This document shows, piece after piece, positions 13,543 to 26,130 of a DNA stretch of 64,000 nucleotides (positions within the stretch are counted from its first letter, which is position 1; each line of letters opens with the position of its first letter). The notes under the pieces were generated by a model that was given only the letters and a program-made list of their open reading frames with translations, ran no database searches and was not told the DNA's origin. The stretch covers positions 1,922,001 to 1,986,000 of the forward strand of contig CM102284.1 in assembly GCA_046563655.1 (NCBI GenBank). The letters are read 5' to 3'. The stretch is from Yuukianura sp. NJ FZ-2021. Taxonomy: Eukaryota. Both the position numbers and the translations under genes were made by a program.

Positions 13543-13913
13543 TGCTCGTCAATAGTGGAGTATTCAGCAACTTTCGATTAATGTAGCCCTTTATCAATAA
13601 TAAAAGAGAGAAATTATGGTTGGAGATCACTTTCGCAGTCTGTTTTTCTTAGTCGTTTTTTTCACATGGACATGCTCCATGATAACCGCCAAAATGACCT
13701 ATACAAAAGTTGTTCCTCTTGAAAAGATAAGCAACTTTTTTTAGTACCATTTTTCTTTGCGACCTTTCCTTGAGGTCACAGGTCAAGGTCAAAAGGGGCG
13801 TTCCCTGACAACCGACAAAATGGTCCCTACAAAACTTGTCCCTCTCCCCAAAAGCTACAACTTTTATTAATGAGGCGATTTACAGATTCGCTTATACGCA
13901 ATTTCCCATAAGA

Positions 13914-14230
13914 CTTCTGGTGCATCTCCTGTATGATTGGTTAGGCGCTCAAAAAACTACGACCACACTTTTCGCATTAGCATACGCTGCTTCACATCCC
14001 GAACATTTGATATCGGACGAAAACAGGACCCTTCGTCCAGAAAACATAGGTTTTCTGGAAGACGTTTCAGAAATCGTCGGATTTTTGCCTTCTTTTCCTT
14101 CGCACGGCAAAACGGTTGAAGATTCGTCAGATATCAAAAGTTCACGATGTGGAGCAGCGTATGCTAATGCGAAAAGTGTGGTCGTAGTTTTCTAAGGGTC
14201 CTACCAATCAGTCAGGAAATGCACCTGAAG
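13914..14230. repeat. Internal inverted repeat (hairpin 1) of the foldback element
   Basis: aaaactacgaccacacttttcgcattagcatacgctgc pairs with gcagcgtatgctaatgcgaaaagtgtggtcgtagtttt, with imperfect extensions on both sides. Confidence 0.88.
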
Positions 14231-14562
14231 ATTGGGTCAGAGTTCACGAATTTTGTGTTTACAATTTACAATTTCGTATTACGTCACCAAGAGTTAGGGC
14301 AACCCGAGAATCGAGGCTAAGAAATGGCTCACCCACTTCGTCTGGCAGTTTTAGAAAAACTGCAAATGGTTCTCAAATTTGAAATTTAACACAGTGATTA
14401 GCCAGTTATCCTGAGAGTTGTGCAAAATTTCAATCGTGAAGAATCCACCCGTTCGGGTTTTTCGTGATTACGTAGTTGTAAATTCTCAATTCTCAGTCGT
14501 TGCCATGTCTACAAAACACTCTTTGGCGTTGTTTTTATTGACCTGATGTCTCCCCTTAATAC

Positions 14563-14923
14563 CATTTTTTCCTGTGACTCTTCGGGTCAAAGGTCAAGGT
14601 CAACTAAGAATGTCCTGACAATCGAAAAAATGACCGCTACAAAAGTTGTTCAGCTCAATGAGCCGATCATTTTTTGTCCTATGATCTATGACCCTGTGAC
14701 GACTCCCTGAGGCTGTAAGTTATGTTTTTAAAACCCAAAATCCGGGAGACGCACCTTCAACTTGAGATAACACCTCAGGGAGGGGTCAGAAGGTCATAGG
14801 TCATAGGACAAAAAATGATCTACTCATCGAGGCCAACAACTTTTGTAGAGGTCATTTTTTCGATTGACAGGGCATACTTAGTTGACCTTGACCTTTGACC
14901 CGAAGAAAAGGTCACAGAAAAAA
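14563..14923. repeat. Internal inverted repeat (hairpin 2), related to the TIR sub-repeats
   Basis: tcttcgggtcaaaggtcaaggtcaactaag...gatcattttttgtcctatga pairs with tcataggacaaaaaatgatc...cttagttgaccttgacctttgacccgaaga. Confidence 0.88.
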
Positions 14924-16700
14924 GTGATCTTAGTGAAAGTTGTAGCTTCTGACGAGAGGAACAACTTTCGTAGAGACCATTTTGTCGGTTGTCTGGAAAC
15001 ATTCCGTTTGACCTTGACCTGTGACCTCAAGGAAAGGTCACACGAAAAAATGGTACTAAAAAAAGTTGCTTATTTTTTCAAGAGGAACAACTTTGGCATA
15101 GGTCATTTTGGCGGTTGTAATGGAGCATGTCCGAGTCGAAAAAACGACTAAGAAAAACAGACTGCGAAAGTGATCTCCAACCGAAATTATTAATTTGACA
15201 AACTTGGATTCACCTGATTCTGGACTAAATCTCAGGATCATTTCTGCGCTACAACGAAAATAACCTAAACTTTCAAAAAATGAAACGTCAATATTTCGAA
15301 AAGAGTTTTGTTTAAATTTTCTAAAAGTTTATGACAGTTCTTCTTGTGATGAAAGGAAACAGACAGAAGAAGAAAGGATCAATAAAATTTCACGTAATTT
15401 TGAGCTATACTCGGAATTTTTGTGAACGGGTTGGAATAAGTACCAGTTGTACCCAACACGTTAACTTTTCAACGCCTTTTTTAGAACACCATGTCCTAAT
15501 AATCTTCCATCTAGGTTAATCAAAACATTGTACTTTTATTATTTTATATAAAGTAAAACTATAGAAACGTAATTCATAGTTGCAGTTGGAGGCGGACATT
15601 CTTATTTTTATTGGTGGCTGTATCGGTCCTTTTCATGGGAATAGTCTATCCCTCTTCTCAATAAAACGAAAAACGATTGAATTACTTGACGTAAACCGAA
15701 GTCGAGCCCATAGCAAGAGCAACACAGTACTCATCCGCAGCAAGAAAGACTCGTTTCTGTAACAATTCTCTGGTTACAGCGTTTGGTTACACCAAAATGG
15801 CATAAACAATTTTCATTATAGCCCGTGGTTATAATGCAGCCTGATTATAAACTTATCATTTTCACTTCCACTAAACGTTGTAACGCTGCTTACGCCAACT
15901 GTAACTTCGGTTAACGTCAACCCAACAACAGTAACGATCGGTTACACCAGGTTGTGTGCTTCCTTACTCCAACCACATTTTTTTTTGTACTCAGCTCTTT
16001 GAAAAAAATTACCGCACCAAAGTTTCGCTTCCGTTTTATGATTCGTTCGTAAATACTGTTATGACCTTGTTTGAACAAAAGTTCCATTTTCTGTTCTAAA
16101 AATACGACGCTAGGGTGCCACTATTTGTGGCTCTTCAAGTCCATTTGAAAACACACCTTAGGATGTAGCTCAAATCCGGAATTAGGAATTAGAAAAGCTT
16201 AACCATAAAATACCCTTTTCGGAGTAAGCAAAGTAAAAGCTTTGCAAATTTGAAAAATCTATTCAACTTTAGATTACATTTTACATACATTATTTCAAAG
16301 TTAAATGCTTAATAAATCAATAAGTTTTTATTTGATTCTTTTGCCCTATCAATAAATCCTGCAGCTCGTTTAAATTCACGTTTACCTAACAATAAATTAA
16401 TTGTCGTTTAAATTAATAGTTTTATTAATAGTCTTTCCCTTTCCAAACAACACTGATTTTCGAAAATTTGGAAAACTTTTTTTGCAGTAGTTAAATTTTG
16501 TTACATGGTTTTATTTTATAGCATCAAAATAACACATCTTCGACATTTGATGTTAAAATAACCTTAACCTTTGACCTGACTATGGGCATATGCCTTCCGC
16601 TAAGGTTTCTTTACAAGGGTTGCTGATTTGAAGTGCGAAAAAAACTGAATCCCAATTGACAATCTTAGCGTTTTGGCATCTGGTCTTCGCGTTTTGGCGT

Positions 16701-18627
16701 TTAATCAGTTTCTTCAGTCTCGCATTGTTCAGTTTTGTAGCAGAAAATAGCCTGGAGGCATCTGGAGCAGAGGTTATCTTTGTAAGGTTTCGGTGACCTT
16801 TGACCTCTAGTAGCTTTTGGAGCGTCCTGACATCTTGATTTCCGCGTGCTGCGCCGCGGACGCGTCAGCAGTGGAGTGACGCTGGAGTCGGAAGACGTCG
16901 GATGAACTCTGTTTTGAAACACTTTCTTACTTAACGGAGACTTCCGCTTTTCTCTTCTGTACGATCCATCACTGTCCGACGTCAAGTGGCCAATCGGCAC
17001 TTGGGTGAACCTGCAGAGGTCAAAGGTCAACTGAGGTCAAAGATCAAAACTAAGCAAAAACTTACTCAACTCGCACTGGAGATCTTGGATCAATTAAACC
17101 TTCAGGTTTATTTGTCAGATTAGCGTTCAAGTCCACTTCTAAAATGACGAAAAAGTTACAGAAATTCAAAAAAAATTACTTGAAAATGCTTAAAAAATCA
17201 AAAAAAAAAAAAGTTAAAAATTTAAAAAACCAAAGCGAGTGGACTACTGGATTTAAATTCTCACCAGCGTCAGGAACATGCAAAACTTCAGCCACCTTTT
17301 GTTCAATGTCTTCGCCTGTTGTCTCAATATCACTTTCTGCTTCTCTGAAGACAAACAAATTTAGAAAAACAGAAAAGAAAAAAAAATTGTAAAAGTTACA
17401 AAATTTTTGAAAACTTATTCTTTGACATTACTTGGTTGGTATTGGTCCAACATATGGTTCCATGACAGCTATTCGTTCCTCCTTATCCACCAAGTAGATT
17501 TTGTAGTTACCTTTTTCCAGCTGAATTTTTGGATCGAGTTCCCTGTTTCACAAAAATTTTGAAAAAACGTGATCTCCGACTTTGTAATTTCAAAAAAGTA
17601 CAAGTTTTGAGAACATGGTTGTAGAAATTCAAAATGGCCGTCGTCCGGCGTGTCGCCGGTGAATAGGAAATGATGTGTTGTGTCGCGTGTCGTTGAGCCG
17701 TGACACGGCATGATGTTAAAGAAGTAGTCACGCAGTTGTCTTATGACCACCAAATTGAACTGGAACACATCGCTGGCAGCGATGAGTTCTTGAAGCGTCC
17801 CAAAATTTCCATCTTGCAGCATGTACTCTCGATACGCATTTCGGAACAGCTCTGGATCGTTTTCGGTTTGGGCGTTTACTTCATCGCTGGAAGCTGCTTC
17901 AGCGTCGCTGGGAATCGCTTCAGCGTCTTTTGACTCCTCCTTTGCATTCAGCTTGACGCTGTCCAGTAAATGATCGTTCTGTCCTCTAATATGTGTAGCG
18001 AAGTTGGGCCAGTTCAGGTCATCACAGATGTGGTCCACAACTGAAGCCAAAATTTAAATAAATGGCGGGAAAATCAAAAAAGCGGGAAATTCAAAATGTT
18101 TGGATTTCTGAAAAAACAGTTACCACTTACGAGGGAACGTGCCACACAGGTCATCAAGTTTTTGATTTTAAAAAATACAGTCATATTCTGCATGTGAAAG
18201 GAAAATTTTTTGCAGTAGTTTAACTGTATTTTTTAAATTCAAAAACTTGACGACCGGTAGGGAATGTTCCCTCGTTAATCATACTTTTCCAGCCAATTTG
18301 AATTTGAAGTACCAAAAACAAATGTTTTTTTTTTTTTAGAAAAGTACCATCTTGGCGACATTTGCTGTGGAGATGTTCATGACCGTAGATTGCTTGAGAA
18401 ATTGCTCTGTACATGCAATTCCCATCGGGTTGCGTGGGAATGATTTGGAAAGTGGTCACATGAGGGCGCTCCGCCACGAAACTGCTGACACCAAGCGTCC
18501 ATTCACCATAACTGCTCGAGTCATCTCCGCTTGTACTGCTCTCTGCACTGCCAGATACTGTGGAATAGGCGTCGTCGGGTTTAGAGGGGGGTTGAGGCAA
18601 GGGGGCAGCAGGGTCAGGGGGATTCAT
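16701..18627 (-). CDS. OTU-domain cysteine protease (deubiquitinase-like), 6 exons
   Basis: IIPTQPDGNCMYRAISQAIYG (catalytic Cys) splices 18348->18040 to VVDHI..YMLQDGNFGTLQELIAASDVF..GHFE (catalytic His). Four further exons join in frame to the stop at 16701. The start codon is uncertain. Confidence 0.82.
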
Positions 18628-19249
18628 CACGAACGGTCAATCAAAGTTCCATTCAAGTCAAGAGTCAACTCTTAACAAACGCTGCGTTATGAGAAAAATG
18701 AAATGCTCAGGGAATTTTTTTGTTTTTAGAAAATTTTCGAAAAGACAAGAGCTTTGGAACAAATTGCAACTTGCCAATAACGGCAGGTGAACCTTGTATT
18801 TTCAATTTAAGTTTTGTTAGAATAATAGTTTCCCCCTCCTTAGTTGCTCTAGCAACTGAAATTTTTCAATCCAAATTTTTTGAATTTATCGATATGTCCA
18901 TTTCCGGAAGAGTTTTTGTAGAGGATAATTATGGGATTTTCCATTGTGAATTCATCATCATCATTCAAAGGCTTTTGGATTCTTTCCTCTTTCTGCGTTT
19001 TCTTTTCACTTGATATGTAACTCCGCTTTTCAAAATCTTTCCAAGCCGAATTTCATTTTCCTCCGCAACAAAAAAAAAACAGAAGTAAAAGTAAAACTCA
19101 AATCTAAAAATTAAATTAAATTAAAAGTGAAAACTAAAATTAACTCAACGGTTTTTACCAAAATGGAACTATGAAAAGACTTCAAAATTTAAAAATACGT
19201 AAATCGGTCCTAAAAGACGCCACTTTTTGTGCTAGTTAAGCGATAGTGT

Positions 19250-20837
19250 TTTAAGCTCAAGTGGAAATAGTCCTAAAAATGTGACAGAGAGACGGACAAA
19301 GTCGTATCAACAGTTTTCTTCAACATGTCATAGACATGCGTCTCCAGAAGACTAAATGTTATGCCAAATTTGTTTGTTGCATGTGCTAAAACCTTTTGTG
19401 CCAATCGTAATATCCAAACGACCTGCTGCTGTATGCTTTATGTGTGACCTAAAATTTGCAGATTAGCATCCAACTTCCTCTGTGCTTTGCATGACCAAAA
19501 AATCGCTGCCCAGCGGCTTGACGCTTTTTAAAACCTTTTCCATTTGATTCATGTTTTACGTCACTCCGTCACACACTTTCCAGGAAAGTATTAACTCATA
19601 TATGGAAAGGCGTAATTTGACATTTGACTTTAATTCAAGCACTTTCATAGAAACCGCCTACTATGTCAACTCTCTGCCTTTTCAAAATGGAAATTATTCC
19701 GCCAAAATAACTTTTTAGAGGAAAAAAAATGCAAAAAGAAGTAGAAGCAAAAAAGTATGCAAAAAGCGTGAGAGATTAGAAAATGAAGCAAAATTTACTG
19801 TTCAAGATTTGCCGCACGCTTCAGATTAGTTACTGTTATTCAAAAGTGTTAATTTCACAACTTCTAAAAAAATGACTGTTTTTAGGGAAATCTAAATTTT
19901 GCATTTCACCTTAAAACTAACATGATTTGTGTTTGAACCAAAATTTACTATTGAAGCTTTGAAATTTAATTACTTCAACCTTGGTTTTGACATTTGAAAA
20001 CGTAAATTTCGTTATGCGTTGTTGAAATTTTTTCCGAAAACATTGGATGTAATTTTTTTAGATCCGAATTTTGGGTTTCAGCTTGAACCCATGAGGTTAA
20101 CATGGTTTATGCTTCCACGTGAAAAGTAACAACCTTGACAGGAAACAGACGGGAAAGTGCTTAAGCTCAAAGCAAACAGGTCAATAAATTTTGCAAGTTC
20201 AAAGGGTGTACGTTACAAAATGCAAAGTTTTGGAGAGCATGACGCGGAGACGCTTCCAGGAAAATACCCGGGAGCTGAGAAAATGATTTTATGAGGACCC
20301 TCGTTTTGCCACAAGATGGATGGAATATCACTAAGGAAGAAAAATGACACAAAAAACCAATTTCTATTCAGAAATTCATTTTTTTCAAAATGTACATTGT
20401 CCCAATAATCATAGCATTTTGAGAGCATGAATTAATCAAGCCACTACGTTTCTCATTTTTCAAAACTTTTTCATTTCTAAAAAAAAGCTAAAAAAGAGAG
20501 AAAGTAATTTAAGTAATGAGTTCAATTTTTTGGAAAACAAAAGGACCTTACCGGATTTCCCATAAGAATGAGATTCTCTGGGCCACATGGAGGTTTTGCA
20601 TTGAGCGAGATGGGAGGAAATACACGGAGAGGAGAAAAACTCTTCTCCCATACATTTCTCTCATCTCATCGCCCATCTCTCGCAATGCAACTCGCTCTCT
20701 GGGCCCAGCCTTATAGAAACCCGGTAAGGTCCTTTAATCAAACAGAAATGACGAAAACAGATGAGGATTTGCTTAGAACTAAAACAAGCCTGAAGGAAAA
20801 CTTACTCAAAATTTCCTGCGTCACAGAACCTAGCCAT
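19250..20837 (-). pseudogene. Probable decayed multi-exon gene of unknown family
   Basis: MARFCDAGNFE|TLPGFYKAGPRERVALREMGDEM...WEIR| joins through canonical GT/AG introns. Downstream protein-like frames are broken by stops (KLCIL*RTPFELAKFIDLF...). Confidence 0.35.
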
Positions 20838-21389
20838 AACCTAATGTAAAAAAAAAGTCTAAACTTAATTAACCTAACATCGAACGTGGTCTAATCAAAC
20901 AGTTTTTGAAAAGTTAGACGAAAAACAAAGTTTTTGAAGGTTTATGTTAGGTTAGCCAGACGTTTTCAAAGGTTCAGTTATGCTAAGCAGAAGTTTCAAA
21001 GGTTATGTTAATGTAAGCAGAGGTTTTTGACGTTTAGTTGCTCTTTTGCCTTCGGTGTAATGGAATTTACTTGGGCAATGAGCCCAATAAAACAAAAGTG
21101 GCTATAAACAAATACTGGGTTTTGTAACATTACAATACCCGGGTATTTTGTGAAGCGTGCAGTCTCGTTTTGTTGCTAGGTTTGTTCTTCGTTTTACCCG
21201 GGTGTTTTAGTCTTTATATATTCCAGTTCTCGGAAATGAAGATAATGCTAAATGGAAAGGGAAAATGAAAGTGAAAATTTATTTATTATTAACGAACTGA
21301 ACAAGCGATGGATTTCCAGCTCACGGCTCGTAAGCTCTCTTGCTTGTCAGCAGAAAGCCTTCTACAGTCCTACATTCCGTGTTCGGACA

Positions 21390-22040
21390 CTCATGGACGG
21401 GACATTTCCGAACCGTAGGAAGGCATGTGCACGTAACAGATGTAGTACATTTATGGACAGGCACATTTTGACGATAAATGTTGCTTGTGTGGATGATGAC
21501 CAAGATTTCCAACAGACGCAAATAGGCTTGGACATTATGGACGTACCTAAATGGACGGAAACATCATGGACGAACAGCCTACTTGCACCAAGATATAGCC
21601 GTCTCTATGGACGGATATTCACAACTGTAAAGAAGGCGATTATCGCCGTCCACATAGTGTGTAAGCAGCATTGCTAGATGGATAAAGTATTTTTTCCACT
21701 CAATATCATCGACAGTGGTGGATATATCCGGATTTTATTGGTTTCTTCCGGACGAAACTCAATTTCGTCCATTGGAAACTGAACTTTATCCGGATTTATC
21801 CATTTATCCAGTGGATATAACCTGTATGAAATGCTAAAAAAAAGTGGATATCCAGCAACACCGTCGGGAAGCTACCGTCCATACTCGGCGGCTAACAAAA
21901 GCTTACGTGAACCAGCAGTCCAAGCTATATCGCAAAAGTAAATCCGTCCATGATCTTCCTTTTTTCGGGTTAATTCGTCCATGAATGCAATTCTGAAAAG
22001 GACGTTCATCATCTTCCGTAGACGAACGTCCGGAAATGGT
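21390..22040. repeat. Degenerate inverted-repeat element with polarised ATGGAC/GTCCAT motifs and a possible nested MITE (~21667-21862)
   Basis: About six ATGGAC motifs in 21390-21615 and about four GTCCAT motifs in 21765-21985. The centre is rich in GGATA/TATCC. Confidence 0.45.
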
Positions 22041-22965
22041 ATGAGCGTGTAGTGCTTGCGAATAGCTCTGAATAGAAGAAAGGCGCTGAGGAAACAGGCC
22101 ATGGAGAAAGTCGATGTTTTGTATTGATTTTGAGTTTTCTCCGTCTTCTGCACAGCTTTCCCGTCCTGCCTCTTCGTTCGTGTTCTCTTAAACATTCATC
22201 ATTGAGTGAAGCATTTGCATTTGAGCTTCCACACAAAGCAGTTCAGGAAAAGTTACTTCCTCCATCCTGTTGCTAGTGGTTGTACTGACGGTAGAGCAGC
22301 TACTTATAGAAGCGGAAACGTTGAGAACGTTACAAGATTTAAACATGGCCCTTGCCGCTGCAGCCTGTACGGGCGGAATGCATCGACGCATTCCAAACCA
22401 GGTTTGGAGGAAAACAATTTTAAAAAATCTTTTATTACAAAATTTTTGGCAAGTCCACCTGTAGATATGATTGAAGAACATATTCCGAAAATTCCAATTG
22501 GAACGGAATAAGAAACAAAATTTCAAAATTTATAAAAATTTATAGTTTTACAGTTTCTGATTCTTTAGCAATTCACAATTGTGGATTTTGGCAACTATTA
22601 CATGTGTAGTTATTTTATAATTTACGTAATATTAATTTATCAGTTGTAAGTATATTATTTTAAATATTTATATACATTTTGTAGTTAAATTCTTTTTGTT
22701 TTAATCTGATACATTAATTTACAGGGCGCATTGTCTAATGCTGACAAGGAAATTGCAGAATCCAGACGGGTTAGACAGTTGGGTAAGTGCGGAATAGGCT
22801 GTACAAAATTTGAAATTTTGAAAACTTGAAAATTTTACATTTCATTTCATTCTTAATTCGAATTAAACGTACAAATTTGCTTAAGTGAAAATTAAAGTGA
22901 ATCAGCCGTACTGTATCAAATTTTGTGAAAAAAATTTTGTTTTTGAACTTTGAAATTTTTTTAGA

Positions 22966-24897
22966 GTACAAGTCCAAAGCCCTTGTTTACGGAAATGGTA
23001 AACTTGGTTTCCATTGTTCCTGTTCACATTTGGATTTTGGCAAGGAAGGAATCGTTTTCCGAGCCGGAGAAACCATTTCAGCCAGTTACGTTCCAAAGTC
23101 AATGCCCATCAATTTCCCAGATCTGAACGGTAACAGATTTAAAAAAAATTTCCAAAAATTTGTAAAACTTATGAAAAATTTCAAAAGCAAAACTGTGTAT
23201 ACTTCCGTTAGGTGTCAAAATGGAACTGGAGCTTAAAATGTACTTCAAGGACCCCGCTGCCCAAATGAGTTATCTCGTACGAGATGAGAAATTTTCACTC
23301 GGAGATGGTAAATATTTTGAAAAATTTTGAACGTTAGTTTGATTTTTAGAAAAGTAAAAAAAATTCCCATTTTTACGTTTAAGGTTGTACCAAAAGCTTT
23401 GGGCCAAACAAAGAAGTAGACTACACATTTTCCTTTACAATTCCGAGTGAGTGTCCGAGTTCCTACGAAGGTACGTTCGGGTCATTGACCTACACTTTGA
23501 CCCGTGTAGAGCACCAGAGTGCGCAGGACATCCACTCATTTGACCCCATGGAGGTCACGATCATGGCCAAGTCTGTTCCGGAGTGGGAGGAGCATAAGAG
23601 ACTCATGCAACCAATGTTTGCACAGAAGCAAGTGTCGACGTTCCTCTTTGGCGGCAAAATTCAAATGAGTCTAAGTACGGATCAACAGTGTTATGAACCT
23701 GGAGACAATGTGCAGTTTGCACTCAAAGTTAAAAATGGCGGAGGCAAGGGTATTCGTACAATGTCGCTGCAACTCCAGCAGGTAGAGCAATATTTTTGAA
23801 GAAATTTTTCAACTTTTTAAAAAGTTTTCATATTCTAAAACGTTTTTTTTTGAAATACTTACTAGAACGTAATTTTCAATTCCGGGACGTGCGTTCAAAT
23901 AGAGAAGATTTTGTTTCCACAAGAGAGCGGACCGAGCGTTGCCCCGGGCGGGACAGAAAATTGGGCGGGAAATTTTGAATTACCGCGACGCGATTTGGAA
24001 CCTTCCACAGGAGACAGGGCATTCAACGTTCTTCGTAACGCTTACAAGTTGGACAGTCAGATGCCGTCCATACTCTACGAATATTTTTTGCGTGTAAGTA
24101 TATTCACATACGCTGCAAAAAAAAAGAAGGTTCCTTGACAACCGAACTGTGTTTCCTACAACAGGTTGGTCAATAGCTCGGGGTTCGCAAAAATTTTGCT
24201 GTAAATAATTTTTTCCCATTTTGTTTCAATTCCAATTTTCCAATTGCTTTACATAAAAACAATTACTATATGAAAACAGTTCAAATTTTTTAACGAAAGG
24301 AAAAAAAACATTGAGTTATTGGTCAACCTGGTGTAGAAGAAAACCTTTTTTTTTTGTTTGCGAACCTTGAAAAAAAACTTGTCGATGCAAAATTTGCGAC
24401 CATTTAGCTAAATTTTGAACACCCTAAATTTTTTTTCCAGGTCACTTTTGAAATGGCGGGAAGTTTAGTTCCGAATATCATAGAGGAATTTCCCATTGAC
24501 ATTGGAACGCCATTGAAATCGACTGAAACTGCTGAAGGAGCTTCTGCACAAATTCAAAATTTGGAAAATTTGGCGCCATCTTCGTCCAGTGTTGGGCACT
24601 GTGACGGAAATAATTTGGGCAAAGATGGGACACATCATTTTTCAATGACGAGTTTAGCTCCATCTTTACCTGATTATGAGGCAGCAACCTCCTCTACTAC
24701 ACGACCTGTTTCATGGGATGGGAGCAGCGGTAAGTTTGAATTTCTTTTTCGAAAAATTGCAAAAAAAATCGAAAATCTGAATTTGTTTTTCAAACATTCA
24801 CGTTTCGTTTTTAGGTTCGCGTCCTCCAGCGTATAGTTGCCTTGAAATTGAGTCAATTCAAGTCTCTGTGACTACCGGAACACATGAGTATATCTAA
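22966..24897 (+). CDS. Arrestin-domain-containing protein (alpha-arrestin), 5' exons unresolved and possibly starting near 22200
   Basis: YTFSFTIPSECPSSYEGTFGSLTYTL is an arrestin-N motif and YEPGDNVQFALKVKN an arrestin-C motif. The tail has PY motifs LPDY and PPAY. Stop at 24895-24897. Confidence 0.8.
24154..24338. mobile_element. Short MITE in an arrestin intron
   Basis: TIRs ctacaacaggttggtcaatagctc and gagttattggtcaacctggtgtag. Same family as 61986-62161. Confidence 0.65.
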
Positions 24898-25859
24898 ATT
24901 TTTATTCATATGATAACTTGCTTGCAACTACAATTTTAAGTTACAATTAATGTAATTAATTAACTATAACAAAAATTACACTAAAAATAAATACAACCTT
25001 TAAGTTACCATTGGAATTCCCAGCCAAAATGTTTTTCTTGAACTGGTTAGTTCTGAGTTGCATTTTTAGGTTAAAACGTATTGCCTTCATTTGACAAGTG
25101 ATTTTAATCAACTTAAACTTTCTGAAATTGGAACTCAGTTCAACTCTGAATTTGTTGAAAAGTATTCTTATGAATTTCGTATATCGAAATCCAAGGCTCG
25201 TTTTCAGCCAACAGTTTTTTTTTAAATTGTGTTGCAAAACCATGAACCTTCAAAAAATACTCTTTTGTTCCACTTCTTAAAAAAATTATCAGGATCGCAT
25301 TCATATTTCACTTATTGGCATCAGTTTTACTTTTGCCTTTCATAAGTAACCTTCGACTAATTTCAAAAATGAAGTAAGGAACTGTTTATTTAAGATCGAA
25401 AAAAAAACTTCTAATCAAACTATTGATTTTTTTTTACTATGATTTAGGTGGATTGTCGTCATTGTTGTTTTGTGTGTTTTGTTTGAAGTAGCGACGCAAG
25501 TATCGTCATCAACGGCAGAAACGCCAGAACTTTTAGGTGTCGTCTCCGAGTCGAATGCTGATCTTTTACGAAGGAAAACTAAACGGAAGAGGGTAAAGAA
25601 ACTGAAATAAAACGTTGCTTTCATAAATTTTCTGATTAAGTTTTTTGTCATCGCTGATTTGGGCTAAAGAGCGTTTTCAAAACTTAATTTTTGGTTTTAG
25701 TGCCTAAAAAACAAAAAAACATGCTTCACCAACGATCGTTGCTGCTCTAGAATCTGTACCTATGTACCGTCGAAATTCAAAAGTGTGTGTACGGGGTTAT
25801 AAACGTTTCACTGGTCCTGAGAAGCAGAACTGCATGGTATCTGGTGGCGCCAATTCTTT

Positions 25860-26130
25860 CCCAACTAATTACTAAATTACTAATTACTAATATTACTATA
25901 ATAATGTGAATTACTAAGTGACTATTAAAATCTTTTCAAAATATTTTGACCAAAATCGGAGCTTGATTTAATGTATCTGTATATGATTTATGATGTATGA
26001 TTGATATATGTATAATATGTATATGGTATGTATGATTGATGTATGTATGATATGATGTTATGATACTATTTATGTATTTAGTATATTTTATGTTAGTAGT
26101 GTATGATGTAAGTAATTTAGTTATTGTACT
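25860..26130. repeat. Low-complexity AT-rich tract
   Basis: Degenerate taattac and tatgat/tgtat repeats. Confidence 0.55.

Larger units (their letters stand above)
13618..15182. mobile_element. Non-autonomous foldback DNA transposon with ~250-bp TIRs and 8-bp TSD
   Basis: 13618-~13865 is the imperfect reverse complement of ~14935-15182 (ggttggagatcactttcgcagtctgtttttcttagtcg...). gaaattat flanks both ends (13610-13617 and 15183-15190). Confidence 0.9.

Noticed and set aside
13836-14195. ORFs on both strands ending in the same AAYANAKSVVVVF peptide
   Set aside because: A by-product of the DNA hairpin. No domain or splice support.
15429-15974. Second GGTTGGA-ended element (ggttggaataag ... 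cttactccaacc)
   Set aside because: Only about 12 bp of imperfect match and no TSD, so too weak to call.
20840-21040. Telomere-like aacct/ggtta repeats
   Set aside because: Short, degenerate and dispersed, and also seen near 12200 and 43460. Not a TTAGG array.
21390-22040. CRISPR-like repeat-spacer array
   Set aside because: Motifs are only 6-8 bp, irregularly spaced and switch orientation. The context is eukaryotic and there are no cas genes.
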